This document shows, piece after piece, positions 8,934 through 18,325 of a stretch of DNA of 64,000 nt (position 1 is its first letter; each line of letters opens with the position of its first letter). Source of the stretch: a bacterium (GTDB lineage Bacteria; Bdellovibrionota_C; UBA2361; RFPC01); NCBI GenBank assembly GCA_030428205.1, contig JAUIBK010000021.1, forward strand, positions 2,523-66,522, read 5' to 3'. The notes beneath the pieces are model-generated. The model was given only the letters and a program-made list of their open reading frames with translations. It did not search any database and was not told where the DNA came from. Made by a program: the position numbers and the translations under genes.

Positions 8934-10508
8934 ATGCTCCTTTCAATCCTGCTTGGTGTAAGTCTAGGACTTGCACTTACAAATCTAGATCACTCACTCG
9001 GCACCCTTCTCGGCTGGCTCTTTACTCTTGGTTGGTCCGCACTCTATCAAAGAACGAAAGGACAAAATTGGAAGGGGGCATTTATTGCAGGAATAGTGAC
9101 GTTGCTTCTTTCTTGTCCCTGGCTGCTTGAAGTTATCCGATCCTATTTCGGTATCCAAAGTTGGCTGGCATATCTCGCTTATGTCCTCGTAGTCGTTCTT
9201 CTCGCCCTCCAATGGGTCTTTGCCCACTTCCTTTTCCACGCTCTTGGGAAATTCTCCTTTCTCTCCTCCCCTCTCAGGCTTTCACTCTCCTGGCTTGCCG
9301 CTGAAAACCTCTTTTTTCAATTATTTCCGTGGAGCGTAGCAAACACTCAAAGTGCATTTGTCTTTTTTATCCAAGTGGCTGATGTCGGAGGAACTTCATT
9401 TGTTTCCTTCCTTATGTTTTTGATTTCTGGCTTTATGGTTCAAGCGCTTTCATCCTTCTCGGCTCGAGACAATACTCCCTATCATTCTCCCACCTTCTCT
9501 TTTATCCTCGCATGTCTTCTCTTCACTCTCACTCTTTTTTATGGAAAGCACACCCTTGATGGATTGAAGACACGAGTCGATAATGCAGAAAAACTACATA
9601 TCGGGCTCATTCAACCAGACTTCGATCCTACAACACACTTTCAAAAAACATCTGTCTATTCTGACTTGAAAAACCTTCGCAACCTGACACACAAGGCTCT
9701 CTTCAACACGAAGCTCGATCTCATCGTTTGGCCGGAATCAAGTGTCGTTTTTAATTACTGGCTACACGAAAAGTCCGTTGCTCGAAACAGTCCACGAGAT
9801 CCCTTTCCCTATCTACAAATCCCACTCTTATTCGGTGGGCAAGTTCGTAGAGGAAATGAGAGCATTCAAGGAAAACTTCTTTACCACAACGCAGCTCTCC
9901 TGCTTACGCCACTTGGATTCCTTGACGAAAAGTACTTCAAACAAAGACTCTTTCCTTTTTCAGAACAGATTCCATTTGCCGATCATTTCCCTTCACTCCT
10001 TAAACTATCTCCAGATTCCTCACTTTTTGTTGAGGGAGAAGCACAGGAACCTCTCGAACTGCAGGTGATACACAATGGCAAAAAAGTAACACGACATATA
10101 GCTGTAAATATTTGTTATGAGGACATGACATCAGAATCCTATCATTCGATTTTCAACAATAGCCCTGCAGATCTTTTAATCGCCATTACAAATGACAGCT
10201 GGTTCCCTGATCTACTTTCCCATAGGCAGCATCATGTCATTGCTTCTTTTCGTGCTATCGAATTTCGCCGAGCTTTTCTTCGGGTTGGGGTCGATGGGAT
10301 CACAGGGCTGATCGATCCTTCTGGAAGCACAACAACAATGATACCAGCCCTAGAAGCCGGCTATGTAAATGTTGAGGCTCCGGTGCTCACTGGCGACACA
10401 CTCTATATGAATTGGGGTGCGAAGTTGATTAGCTTGATCTCGTGGATGATTCTTCTCATCGCCTTGGTGTGCTACCTCTTCAAGAGAGCTTCCAGAGTTC
10501 AAAATTGA
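8934..10508 (+). CDS. lnt: Apolipoprotein N-acyltransferase
   Basis: Multi-TM N-terminus and nitrilase-fold triad motifs WPES, KQRLFPFSE, ICYED; TNDSWF; RAIEFRR. Confidence 0.9.
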   Translation: MLLSILLGVSLGLALTNLDHSLGTLLGWLFTLGWSALYQRTKGQNWKGAFIAGIVTLLLSCPWLLEVIRSYFGIQSWLAYLAYVLVVVLLALQWVFAHFLFHALGKFSFLSSPLRLSLSWLAAENLFFQLFPWSVANTQSAFVFFIQVADVGGTSFVSFLMFLISGFMVQALSSFSARDNTPYHSPTFSFILACLLFTLTLFYGKHTLDGLKTRVDNAEKLHIGLIQPDFDPTTHFQKTSVYSDLKNLRNLTHKALFNTKLDLIVWPESSVVFNYWLHEKSVARNSPRDPFPYLQIPLLFGGQVRRGNESIQGKLLYHNAALLLTPLGFLDEKYFKQRLFPFSEQIPFADHFPSLLKLSPDSSLFVEGEAQEPLELQVIHNGKKVTRHIAVNICYEDMTSESYHSIFNNSPADLLIAITNDSWFPDLLSHRQHHVIASFRAIEFRRAFLRVGVDGITGLIDPSGSTTTMIPALEAGYVNVEAPVLTGDTLYMNWGAKLISLISWMILLIALVCYLFKRASRVQN

Positions 10509-10762
10509 TGACCTTACACGCGAAGCGCACCTACTATCTTCTCGTAACACCACATTAAGCTTCCTTATTCTCATAAAAGAGGCCTGAAGCTTCAATCCTA
10601 CGAGCACGCATCAGTAGCGCCAACATCCCTATAATATAGCACATTTTCTCACCACTCCCCTTGCTATCTTTTCAATTCAAATACTTGTACAATTTCGTCC
10701 TGGTTTTAGTTCAACGAAGAGCGCATTTTTAAAATACATAATCCTACATCTGAGGAGGTGTC

Positions 10763-11932
10763 ATGTCCCATCTATGTAAGTGGAAAGCGATTGCTTTCCT
10801 TCTCATTCTCTCCTTTCCATGTACGCTACTCGCGAATGGCAAAGTTCTTACTTGGAATTGTAGTGAGTTTGGATCTGGTTGTACCAACGCCATTCCTGAA
10901 GTCGGCACCTCTGGATCAATGGTGTCTTCCGTTGTTACCGTCCAGTCCGCAGCCGATCAGTGTCTTCCGGGCTCAGACCTTGACGCAGAGAGTGTCGCAA
11001 TACGTTTCAAGGCAACACACACTTTTCGTGCCGATCTTGAAGTCAGTGTCACTCACATTCCAACAGCAATTACCGCTGAACTCTTCTCTGATGTTGGTGG
11101 CTCTGGTGATGATTTTGACGTAACGATTGATGATGTCAATGGCGCGAGCAACATCGGAGACGGCAACTGTGCATCTGGAAGTAACTGTATTGGAACGTTT
11201 CGGAGTGAATCTGGTACAGCACTTGCCGTTTTCAATGACATGGACGCGACAGGAGACTGGCGCCTCGATGTTCTTGACGATGCGGGTGGAGATGCTGGCC
11301 AACTCGTAGAGTGGGGAGTATCTGTTTACCTCAAAGACTCTGACGGTGACGGCATAACAAACTGCTACGACCTTTGCCCTGAAATTTCGAATTACCTCGA
11401 TAGTGATGGAGACGGAACTCCTGATTGTTCTGACCAGTGCTCAAGTGATGCTGACAAAATCTCCGCTGGAGCCTGTGGCTGTGGCGAGTCAGATATTGAT
11501 GCTGATGGCGACACTATTCCGAACTGTTTTGACGACTGTCCGATGGACTCAGGAAAAGTATTTCCTGGAGTATGTGGCTGTGGTGTCTCAGATGCAGATG
11601 CAAACCTCAACGGCATTGCTGACTGCATGATCCAAGAGGAATTCAAAGACTTAGTTGCCCGCTCTCTTTCAAAAGTTAAGAGACTCCGTGCTGGAGGGGG
11701 AAATAAAGCACTGAAGAATGAGGTATCAGCTCTTGCTACTGAACTCGAGGAATTTGTTGCTCTTTCTGTGGCATCAATTGTTACAATTGACGCTTCTGTC
11801 GATGTTCAAGCAATGAGCACAAAGACAGCCAAGAAGATGCGCAAGTCTACGAAGACAACATCAAGCAAGTTTAAGAAGCTTAAGAGAAAAGCTAAGAGAG
11901 CACTCTTAGACCTAGCTGACGGTCTCGCTTAG
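10763..11932 (+). CDS. Secreted protein with proprotein-convertase P domain, thrombospondin type-3-like Ca-binding repeats and a basic C-terminus
   Basis: Signal peptide; HTFRADLEV...GDWRLDVLDDAGGDAGQLVEW (P domain); DSDGDG..D.CP repeats with GxCGCG; Lys-rich tail. Confidence 0.8.
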   Translation: MSHLCKWKAIAFLLILSFPCTLLANGKVLTWNCSEFGSGCTNAIPEVGTSGSMVSSVVTVQSAADQCLPGSDLDAESVAIRFKATHTFRADLEVSVTHIPTAITAELFSDVGGSGDDFDVTIDDVNGASNIGDGNCASGSNCIGTFRSESGTALAVFNDMDATGDWRLDVLDDAGGDAGQLVEWGVSVYLKDSDGDGITNCYDLCPEISNYLDSDGDGTPDCSDQCSSDADKISAGACGCGESDIDADGDTIPNCFDDCPMDSGKVFPGVCGCGVSDADANLNGIADCMIQEEFKDLVARSLSKVKRLRAGGGNKALKNEVSALATELEEFVALSVASIVTIDASVDVQAMSTKTAKKMRKSTKTTSSKFKKLKRKAKRALLDLADGLA

Positions 11933-11965
11933 TTAGAGCTTCGTTCATTCCCAACATTGCTCAAG

Positions 11966-12007
11966 AGCGCCCCTGTTCGAATATCGACCAGGGGCGCTTT
12001 TTATTTA
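11966..12007 (+). terminator. Intrinsic terminator
   Basis: AGCGCCCCTG...CAGGGGCGCT followed by TTTTATTT, just after the stop at 11932. Confidence 0.85.
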
Positions 12008-12236
12008 CTCCTCACACACACCCCTCACTCAGCATAAAAACGGGGAAAAAGAGAGGCTAGGAAGATTTCCTATTTCCGAATTCTTCTGTATTATCATGCA
12101 GATAGGGGATACTTCCTTATGTGACACCCCCACATGGAGTGCTAATAACATGGTTGAAATCTCTCTTAGTAGGTTAAGATAGTAATAGTTCCTCCAAGCA
12201 GGCACTGGAGGAGAGAAGGTTCCATAGAGGGGAATA

Positions 12237-14621
12237 ATGCTGCAAGGCCTTGAAATAGCTCTTATTGAAGCGGTCATATCATTTTACCGCCTGGGGCCAG
12301 CTGTGGGCTTACTCTTCTTTGGTATCCCCGGTGTTGTTTGTCTTGTCTACAAATTCACAAATCCTGAGTCCTCAATCATTCCAGCTATCGCCTCTGCCCT
12401 CTTTTTCATACTCGCATTCTTACAAGTTTTTGCCGGCGGAATGGTTGCGAGCCAACTTTATGGCGTCATTGAGCTACTCAATACCGCCCACCCACCAAAT
12501 CCAGTCTTTCTCCTAGAGCCTGTTTTTGCGTGGCTTGTTGCTCCCGCAGAGTATCGCTACGTACACGAGGAGTTTTTCTTTGTTCTGCTTGTTGCCTACC
12601 TCACAAGTTTTTCAATTATCGGATACCGTGAGTACAAAAAGACAGGGATCCTCATCGGAGACCTCAACCTTGTCAACTTTATCTCTAATTCAAAGGCACG
12701 TCCTGAACGGTCGAAGTCAAACGAGCTTGGCTCAGCCGATCTTGCGAATACAGAAGAGATCACTCGCTGGACCAAAGAGCGCACTGACTACACACACTCT
12801 CCACCATATACGAAGCTCAACGTTGAAGAGCTCAAAGGCTCAGAAGGTATCGCACTGAAAAGTGGTCACCTCATGGTTCCACAAGGTGAACGGAACCGGC
12901 ACATGCTCATGATTGCAAAAACCGGTGGTGGTAAAACAAGTAAATTCATCTTACCGATCTTATACGATGACTGTCTCTGTCCCATTCGCTCTACTATTGT
13001 TCTCGACTCGAAGCCTGAAATGTGGGGAAAACTAGCGAATTTTACCCGCAAATATAACCCAGAAAAAGAGCTCCTCCTCTTTAACCCGCTCGATACTCTA
13101 CGAAGCTTAAGCTGGAATATCCTAAGTAAAATTGAAAACGACACTGATGCTAAGCTTATTGCCAACACCATTATCATGGCAACAGACAACCCGTCGGCAA
13201 AATCTGATAGTCCATTCTTTCGTAACAACGCCCTTCAAATTCTCAATGGCCTTATGGTTGGCCTCCTCTCTGATAAAGAAGAGAAACTTTCCATGCCCCG
13301 TATTCACCAATTGGTGCAATCTGGGATGAAGGAGCTCGCCAACTGGATTGAAGCCCATCCTGAAGCACTTCGTACGACCAAAACATTTGTCGACCTTGCT
13401 CGTTCAGGTTCTCAAAATGCTGATACCATTATGTCAGAGCTCGGTATGCGTCTTGCTGCTTGGGACTTAAAAGCTATCCGATCTACCACCTGGCTCAACG
13501 AGCTCAATCCAGAGACACTCGTCGAAAAACCAACACTGATGGTCGTCGAACTTCGAGAATCTGAGTTAGAGATGCTCCGTCCGATGGCGAACGTCATTGT
13601 TGTTGAGCTTCTTCGCTACCTCACGAAACGGGCAGAATCATGCCCCGGCCACAAACTCCCTCGACCTGTTGGATTCGTTATCGACGAGTTTGCGAGTGCC
13701 CTTGGGCGCTTACCCGACATTCACGTCAAACTCAATACGTTGCGCTCTCGTAATGTAAGTATCGTGGCTGCAATTCAGTCTATTGCTCAGGTAAAAGCAA
13801 ACTACGGTGATGATGCTGACTCGGTACTCGCTGGTTTTAGTTCAAAGATCTTTCTTCCCCCACTCGATCTACAAGACGCGGAGTGGGCTTCGAAAGAAAC
13901 TGGGCAGATGACGATCCGCTTTCAGACAAAATCAACAGGAAGCAACAAGAAGAAGATTGAATTTTTTGCTAGCCAAAATGACGGCACACAAGAACAAGTA
14001 CAACAACGTGCCGTACTCACACCTGACGAAATCGGTCGCCCACCAGACAAGATCACAACATTTTTTCTTCCTGAAACACCTCCGTTTCAGGGACATATCA
14101 AGTTCTACTTCAAGATCCCCGAAATGCTTAACCGCATTAAGGAATCAGAGGATGCAGATGAACTTCTCCTCCGCGAAACTCCTATTGAGATCGAAGAGGC
14201 TGCTCCTCAGGTCGTACCCGCACAGCAGCAAGGCGGAGCCGCTGCTGGAGGAGGAGCCGCTGCTGGGCCACCAGCAGGGATTACCGACACCAAGGGGTGG
14301 AACGACGATCAAGTCCGTGAAAAACTCGAAGAAGTCAAAAAAGTCCTCGACTGGGAAAACACTACGGGAAGTGCAAAAAAATGGTGGGAGGCTTTTGAAA
14401 ACGAAAACAAACACCGCCTCGCCCTTGTCCTACGTTTAGCAGAAGAACTCAAGAATAGAAATGCGACTATTACCGAATTCTTCCTCGCGTATGTCTATAG
14501 TAATACGGATAACATCCAGGCGAACCTCTGCTACCTCGACTACACTCGCTTAAAGAAAGAAGAAGAGCGAAAGAAAAAGGAAGCTGCACAAAAAGCGAAA
14601 GCGCAAGCTGCGAATGGTTAA
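12237..14621 (+). CDS. VirD4/TraG-family type IV coupling protein with an extra C-terminal domain
   Basis: N-terminal TM helices, LGSA motif, Walker A AKTGGGKT, LDSKPE, FNP...SWNIL, Walker B FVIDEFASALG, RSRNVSIVAAIQSIAQVKANYG, RAVLTPDEI. Confidence 0.85.
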   Translation: MLQGLEIALIEAVISFYRLGPAVGLLFFGIPGVVCLVYKFTNPESSIIPAIASALFFILAFLQVFAGGMVASQLYGVIELLNTAHPPNPVFLLEPVFAWLVAPAEYRYVHEEFFFVLLVAYLTSFSIIGYREYKKTGILIGDLNLVNFISNSKARPERSKSNELGSADLANTEEITRWTKERTDYTHSPPYTKLNVEELKGSEGIALKSGHLMVPQGERNRHMLMIAKTGGGKTSKFILPILYDDCLCPIRSTIVLDSKPEMWGKLANFTRKYNPEKELLLFNPLDTLRSLSWNILSKIENDTDAKLIANTIIMATDNPSAKSDSPFFRNNALQILNGLMVGLLSDKEEKLSMPRIHQLVQSGMKELANWIEAHPEALRTTKTFVDLARSGSQNADTIMSELGMRLAAWDLKAIRSTTWLNELNPETLVEKPTLMVVELRESELEMLRPMANVIVVELLRYLTKRAESCPGHKLPRPVGFVIDEFASALGRLPDIHVKLNTLRSRNVSIVAAIQSIAQVKANYGDDADSVLAGFSSKIFLPPLDLQDAEWASKETGQMTIRFQTKSTGSNKKKIEFFASQNDGTQEQVQQRAVLTPDEIGRPPDKITTFFLPETPPFQGHIKFYFKIPEMLNRIKESEDADELLLRETPIEIEEAAPQVVPAQQQGGAAAGGGAAAGPPAGITDTKGWNDDQVREKLEEVKKVLDWENTTGSAKKWWEAFENENKHRLALVLRLAEELKNRNATITEFFLAYVYSNTDNIQANLCYLDYTRLKKEEERKKKEAAQKAKAQAANG

Positions 14622-15010
14622 TAGTCTCTCAGACAAGAAGTAATTTCCAAGATACCGCCATGCTCATCGTGAAGCACGAGAGAGCTCTCCGCATCAAGTG
14701 CAAACTTTCTTGCTAGATGAACAGCATCGTTATAACGCTGTAAGATCACGGAAAGCTTTGGACGCCCAGGAAAAAGCACGGCCCATCCTTTAGGGTGTGG
14801 GATAACATGGACATGAAAAAAGAGAGCTCTTGGGAGCTCTTCAGCAACGTGATAAACGCTCACAATACTTGACGCAACCGTCTGAGCCTCTTGAAATCCA
14901 TACCCAGCTTCAACAAAGTCCATGGCAAGCCGTAAGGTTTCGACTTTTCCATCAACCGGCATCTCGTCTGGTAGTGGAGGAGTAAGTTTATAGGCAACAT
15001 TTTCTGACAT
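14618..15010 (-). CDS. DUF2188-like protein
   Basis: C-terminal HVIPHPKGWAV...AVHLARKFA...LVLHDEHGGI pattern; GGAGAGG upstream. Confidence 0.6.
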   Translation of the reverse strand: MSENVAYKLTPPLPDEMPVDGKVETLRLAMDFVEAGYGFQEAQTVASSIVSVYHVAEELPRALFFHVHVIPHPKGWAVLFPGRPKLSVILQRYNDAVHLARKFALDAESSLVLHDEHGGILEITSCLRDY

Positions 15011-15344
15011 GACGTGATCCTCTCCAAGTGTGGGCTTCTACTCTTTCGCCCGCGTGGGAACAGCTACTCTTCTACGACCGAAAAACTGCGGGAACTCCTT
15101 CGCCAGACACTATCACCAATATGTACGGATTTTTCGGACAAAATCATCCTCCCTATGTAACCACCCCAAATAAGGGGAGAATGGTTATTCAAGATCGCAA
15201 TAGAACCTGATTACATTCCTCAAAAAGCGAGGCGGACACTCGTTATCGGTGATACCTCAAAGATCTTGAGTGTTTTTTAGTTCAGTAATATTAATAAGTT
15301 ACTTTAAGAATGAGATACATCCACGAGTTTTTCGCGCCCATTTC

Positions 15345-15371
15345 TCATGAATTCTCAGATTTTGCCGTTCC
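15345..15371 (+). promoter_or_regulatory. Candidate sigma28 (FliA) promoter of flagellin
   Basis: TCAT-N15-GCCGTTCC versus consensus TAAA-N15-GCCGATAA; degenerate but correctly spaced and placed. Confidence 0.45.
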
Positions 15372-15379
15372 TTGTGATT

Positions 15380-15425
15380 GAGCACATTGGAAGTGTTCAT
15401 ACGGCTTGGATAAGCGCAAAAGGAA
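15380..15425 (+). promoter_or_regulatory. Candidate CsrA/RsmA sites in the flagellin 5' UTR
   Basis: Two hairpins with GGA in the loop (GAGCAC-ATTGGAA-GTGTTC; GCTT-GGAT-AAGC) and a third GGA in the Shine-Dalgarno region. Confidence 0.45.
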
Positions 15426-15436
15426 TTGGTGGTATC

Positions 15437-16297
15437 ATGACTCTTTCTCTCGCCAGTAATGTAGCATCGCTACAAGCACAACGAGACCTGGCAAATAACA
15501 GTAGACAGCTCAGCAAGACATTCGAACGCCTTAGCTCAGGTCTCCGTATCAATTCAGCATCAGACGACCCTGCAGGCCTTGCACTTGCCGATGGACTCCG
15601 TGCCGATGCCGCGCTTGCATCTGTTGCCATTCGAAACGCAAATGATGGACTCTCTGTTACATCAATTGCAGATGCTGCACTTGGTGAAATTGGAAATATC
15701 TTAACTCGTATGGCAGAGCTTGCCGAGCAAAGCGCCAATGGTGTCTTTACAACGACACAACGCTCAGCTCTCTCGCTTGAATTTACAGCACTTGCATCAG
15801 AGATTGAACGTATAGCAGTTACAACAGAATTTAACGATCGCGCACTCTTAAGTGATAGCTCAAGTATAAGCCTACAAGTCGGCTTCGATAGCACTGCAAA
15901 TTCAAATATTACTATAACCGGAGTATTAGGGACGCTGAGTTCTTTGGGGCTAGCCTCCTCAGGATCAAGCGCACTCTCATACTCTATTAACGCTTCAACA
16001 GACCTCACTGCTCAGACCGCCTCACAGCTCGCGCTTGATGCAGTTAACGCAGCGATTACCTCGTTATCTACAACACGTGGGCAAATCGGAGCAGCAGAGA
16101 GTCGCTTGAACAGTGCCATCACATCGCTGGCCGCCTCAAGGGACAATTTTATTGAAGCAGAGAGCCGAGTCCGCGACGCGGACGTAGCGCAAGAAGTAGC
16201 CGAGATGGTTCGTCTCCAGGTACTCCAGCAGGCATCTGCTGCCGTACTTGCGCAGGCAAACCAGCAACCAAGTGTAGCGTTATCACTTCTTCAGTAG
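15437..16297 (+). CDS. fliC: Flagellin (short, 286 aa)
   Basis: ERLSSGLRINSASDDPAGLA, IRNANDGLS, RGQIGAAESRL, ESRVRDADVAQE, AVLAQANQ; start placed at ATG 15437. Confidence 0.95.
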   Translation: MTLSLASNVASLQAQRDLANNSRQLSKTFERLSSGLRINSASDDPAGLALADGLRADAALASVAIRNANDGLSVTSIADAALGEIGNILTRMAELAEQSANGVFTTTQRSALSLEFTALASEIERIAVTTEFNDRALLSDSSSISLQVGFDSTANSNITITGVLGTLSSLGLASSGSSALSYSINASTDLTAQTASQLALDAVNAAITSLSTTRGQIGAAESRLNSAITSLAASRDNFIEAESRVRDADVAQEVAEMVRLQVLQQASAAVLAQANQQPSVALSLLQ

Positions 16298-16345
16298 TGA
16301 TGGCGTCACTCTAAAATGAGATAGCACCTCGCACACACACTGGGG

Positions 16346-16402
16346 AGGGGAAGTAGATTCTGGGGAGATACCAGGGAAAGAATCTGCTTCTCCTTTTCTT
16401 TT
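16346..16402 (+). terminator. Probable intrinsic terminator of flagellin
   Basis: GAAGTAGATTCT pairs with AGAATCTGCTTC, followed by a pyrimidine/T tract. Confidence 0.55.
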
Positions 16403-16475
16403 CGCTGCTCACGATCTCCAACGAACAAGCGTCATCGTACGGGTCAAAGCACAGAGATACCCTTACTTTTCGTTA

Positions 16476-16563
16476 CCAATTTCTTGAACTTTTTTCTTCG
16501 TGACGAAAAACCCAGTAGTACACCAAAAGATCGTGCCACGAAGAAAAAAGTTCAAGAAATTGG
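16476..16563. repeat. Palindromic element family A, copy 1 (27-bp perfect arms)
   Basis: CCAATTTCTTGAACTTTTTTCTTCGTG...CACGAAGAAAAAAGTTCAAGAAATTGG; homologous copies at 44410 and 56730. Confidence 0.9.
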
Positions 16564-16584
16564 CAGTTCAACCGGGTTAAGAAG

Positions 16585-17964
16585 CTACACCTCCACCTTC
16601 TGCTTATACTGCGCAACAAACGCATCCCACTTGAGCTGACTCTTAAGCGTATCGCAAAACGCCTCAGCGGAGTCTGGCTCACCGTGCACCACAGCGACTT
16701 TCTTCGGGGTCCCCTGCCCTGATGAGCACCAACGCATAAGCTCTTCACGATCTCCGTGCGCACTCAGCCCGCTCACACTGTCAACGTGTGCCCGGATATC
16801 AACCTCTTCGCCAAAGATACGCATAGTTGACGATCCTTTGAGCATCCAATCACCCCGTCCACCTGGAGGTTGATATCCAACAAAAAGGATTGCATTTTGC
16901 GGGCTTGAAACGCGATGAAAGAGGTGGTGTAAAATCCGTCCTCCTGAGAGCATTCCTGAGGCTGAGATAATAATCATTGGCTCATGAATTGAGTTGAGCT
17001 TCTTTGACTCATGTCGATCTCGAGTAAAGTAGAGTTTATCTGGTGAAAATGGGTGACGCCCTTCAGAGAGAATCCCTAAGGCTTGCTCATCATAATCGTT
17101 GGGATGATTTTTATAAATATCCGTCGCTTCGCTTGCCATCGGGCTATCGATAATCACAGGGATATTGGGAATCTTGTTTTGCTCTTTTAATTCCCTAATG
17201 TAGTACAAAAGAAGTTGCGCACGACCGACAGCAAACGATGGGATGACAACGACTCCACCCTTTTGCTCTGTGCGATTGACTATCTCTGCAATCTTCTCCT
17301 GTGGGGCGTTATCTTCATGTAAACGCGTGCCATATGTCGACTCAACAAGAAGGAGGTCTCCGTACGATACAGGCTTCGGATCGCGTAAAATAGGAATTTT
17401 ATAGCGCCCAATATCACCAGAGAAGGTAATAACCTTTCCGCCAATTTCAAGACGAATAGCCCCTGCTCCTAAAATGTGTCCCATACGAGTCCACCGAGCT
17501 GTAACTCCTGGAAGCACATCATACGTCTTGTCAAACTCAATGGAGCGAAAAAGCTTTAGGGCATCATCGGCGTCCTCTCCCGTATAGAGAGGTTTTGGAT
17601 CTTCGTGACGCGAGCGTCCTTTCTTTTTTCGCCACTCGGCTTCTTCTTCTTGTAGGTGGGCACTATCTGGCAAAAGCACCTTACAAAGATCGTGAGTCGC
17701 CGCCGTGCACCACACGGGACATCGAAGTCCAAGCTTCACGAGCCTTGGTAAAATACCGGTATGATCAATATGCGCATGAGTCAGTAAGACAGCATCAACA
17801 TCTGAGAGATCCACGGGTGGTGCTTCCCAATTTCGTTCTCTCCACTCACGTCTTCCTTGAAAGAGTCCTGCATCAATCAGGATCTTCTTTCCATCTCCCT
17901 CAACAAGATATTTTGAGCCGGTAACCGTACCAGCAGCACCAAGAAATTGCACCGTTACTGACAT
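16585..17964 (-). CDS. Metallo-beta-lactamase/beta-CASP ribonuclease family protein
   Basis: FLGAAGTVTGS, THAHIDH, GHILGA, SGDIG, ESTYG, PSFAVGRAQ, SAHGD, VHGE motifs. Confidence 0.92.
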   Translation of the reverse strand: MSVTVQFLGAAGTVTGSKYLVEGDGKKILIDAGLFQGRREWRERNWEAPPVDLSDVDAVLLTHAHIDHTGILPRLVKLGLRCPVWCTAATHDLCKVLLPDSAHLQEEEAEWRKKKGRSRHEDPKPLYTGEDADDALKLFRSIEFDKTYDVLPGVTARWTRMGHILGAGAIRLEIGGKVITFSGDIGRYKIPILRDPKPVSYGDLLLVESTYGTRLHEDNAPQEKIAEIVNRTEQKGGVVVIPSFAVGRAQLLLYYIRELKEQNKIPNIPVIIDSPMASEATDIYKNHPNDYDEQALGILSEGRHPFSPDKLYFTRDRHESKKLNSIHEPMIIISASGMLSGGRILHHLFHRVSSPQNAILFVGYQPPGGRGDWMLKGSSTMRIFGEEVDIRAHVDSVSGLSAHGDREELMRWCSSGQGTPKKVAVVHGEPDSAEAFCDTLKSQLKWDAFVAQYKQKVEV

Positions 17965-18160
17965 TCCTACGTCCTTTTATCCCATATTTCCAAAAAACAC
18001 TCCGAAGCCACCTGCTCCTAGACTTCGAGCTAGACCAACAATACTCACTGGTTCCTCGAGTCTATGTCGAGGAGCAAGTGGCTTGAGAATACTTTCGAAC
18101 AGGTTCATGTCATACAACCACACACACAATCAGATGAACACTCAGTAAACATTGTTCAAC

Positions 18161-18195
18161 CGGCAGGGAATGCTCATAGACGGCAAAATCTGCCG
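18161..18195 (+). promoter_or_regulatory. Candidate enhancer (activator-binding) sites for the fliD1 sigma54 promoter
   Basis: Dyad CGGCA-N5-TGCCG (18181-18195) and a degenerate copy CGGCA-N5-TGCTC 20 bp upstream. Confidence 0.45.
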
Positions 18196-18221
18196 AGATA
18201 CCGCCCTATAAAAGCTATGCA

Positions 18222-18234
18222 TATCAATAGGTTA
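18222..18234 (+). promoter_or_regulatory. IHF binding site
   Basis: TATCAA-TAGG-TTA matches WATCAA-N4-TTR, between the enhancer and the sigma54 promoter. Confidence 0.65.
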
Positions 18235-18247
18235 GCATCAACAAGCA

Positions 18248-18263
18248 TGGCACCACGATTGCA
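18248..18263 (+). promoter_or_regulatory. Sigma54 (RpoN) -24/-12 promoter of fliD1
   Basis: TGGCAC-CACGA-TTGCA, an exact match to TGGCAC-N5-TTGCW, about 60 bp before the ATG. Confidence 0.8.
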
Positions 18264-18325
18264 TTTTGCACTCTATGAAGAAGTTTATAACCCAAACCTC
18301 CTAATAGAGAGGGAGTAGAACAGCC

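Noticed and set aside
12237..14621. Conjugative element (ICE) around the coupling protein
   Set aside because: No relaxase, VirB4, integrase, att pair or compositional shift in the window
15397..16008. 203-aa antisense ORF
   Set aside because: Shadow of flagellin on the opposite strand; no independent motifs
18173..18199. Sigma28 promoter for fliD1 (GCCGAGAT)
   Set aside because: Poor -35 match and spacing; the sequence is better explained as half of the CGGCA-N5-TGCCG dyad upstream of an exact sigma54 promoter
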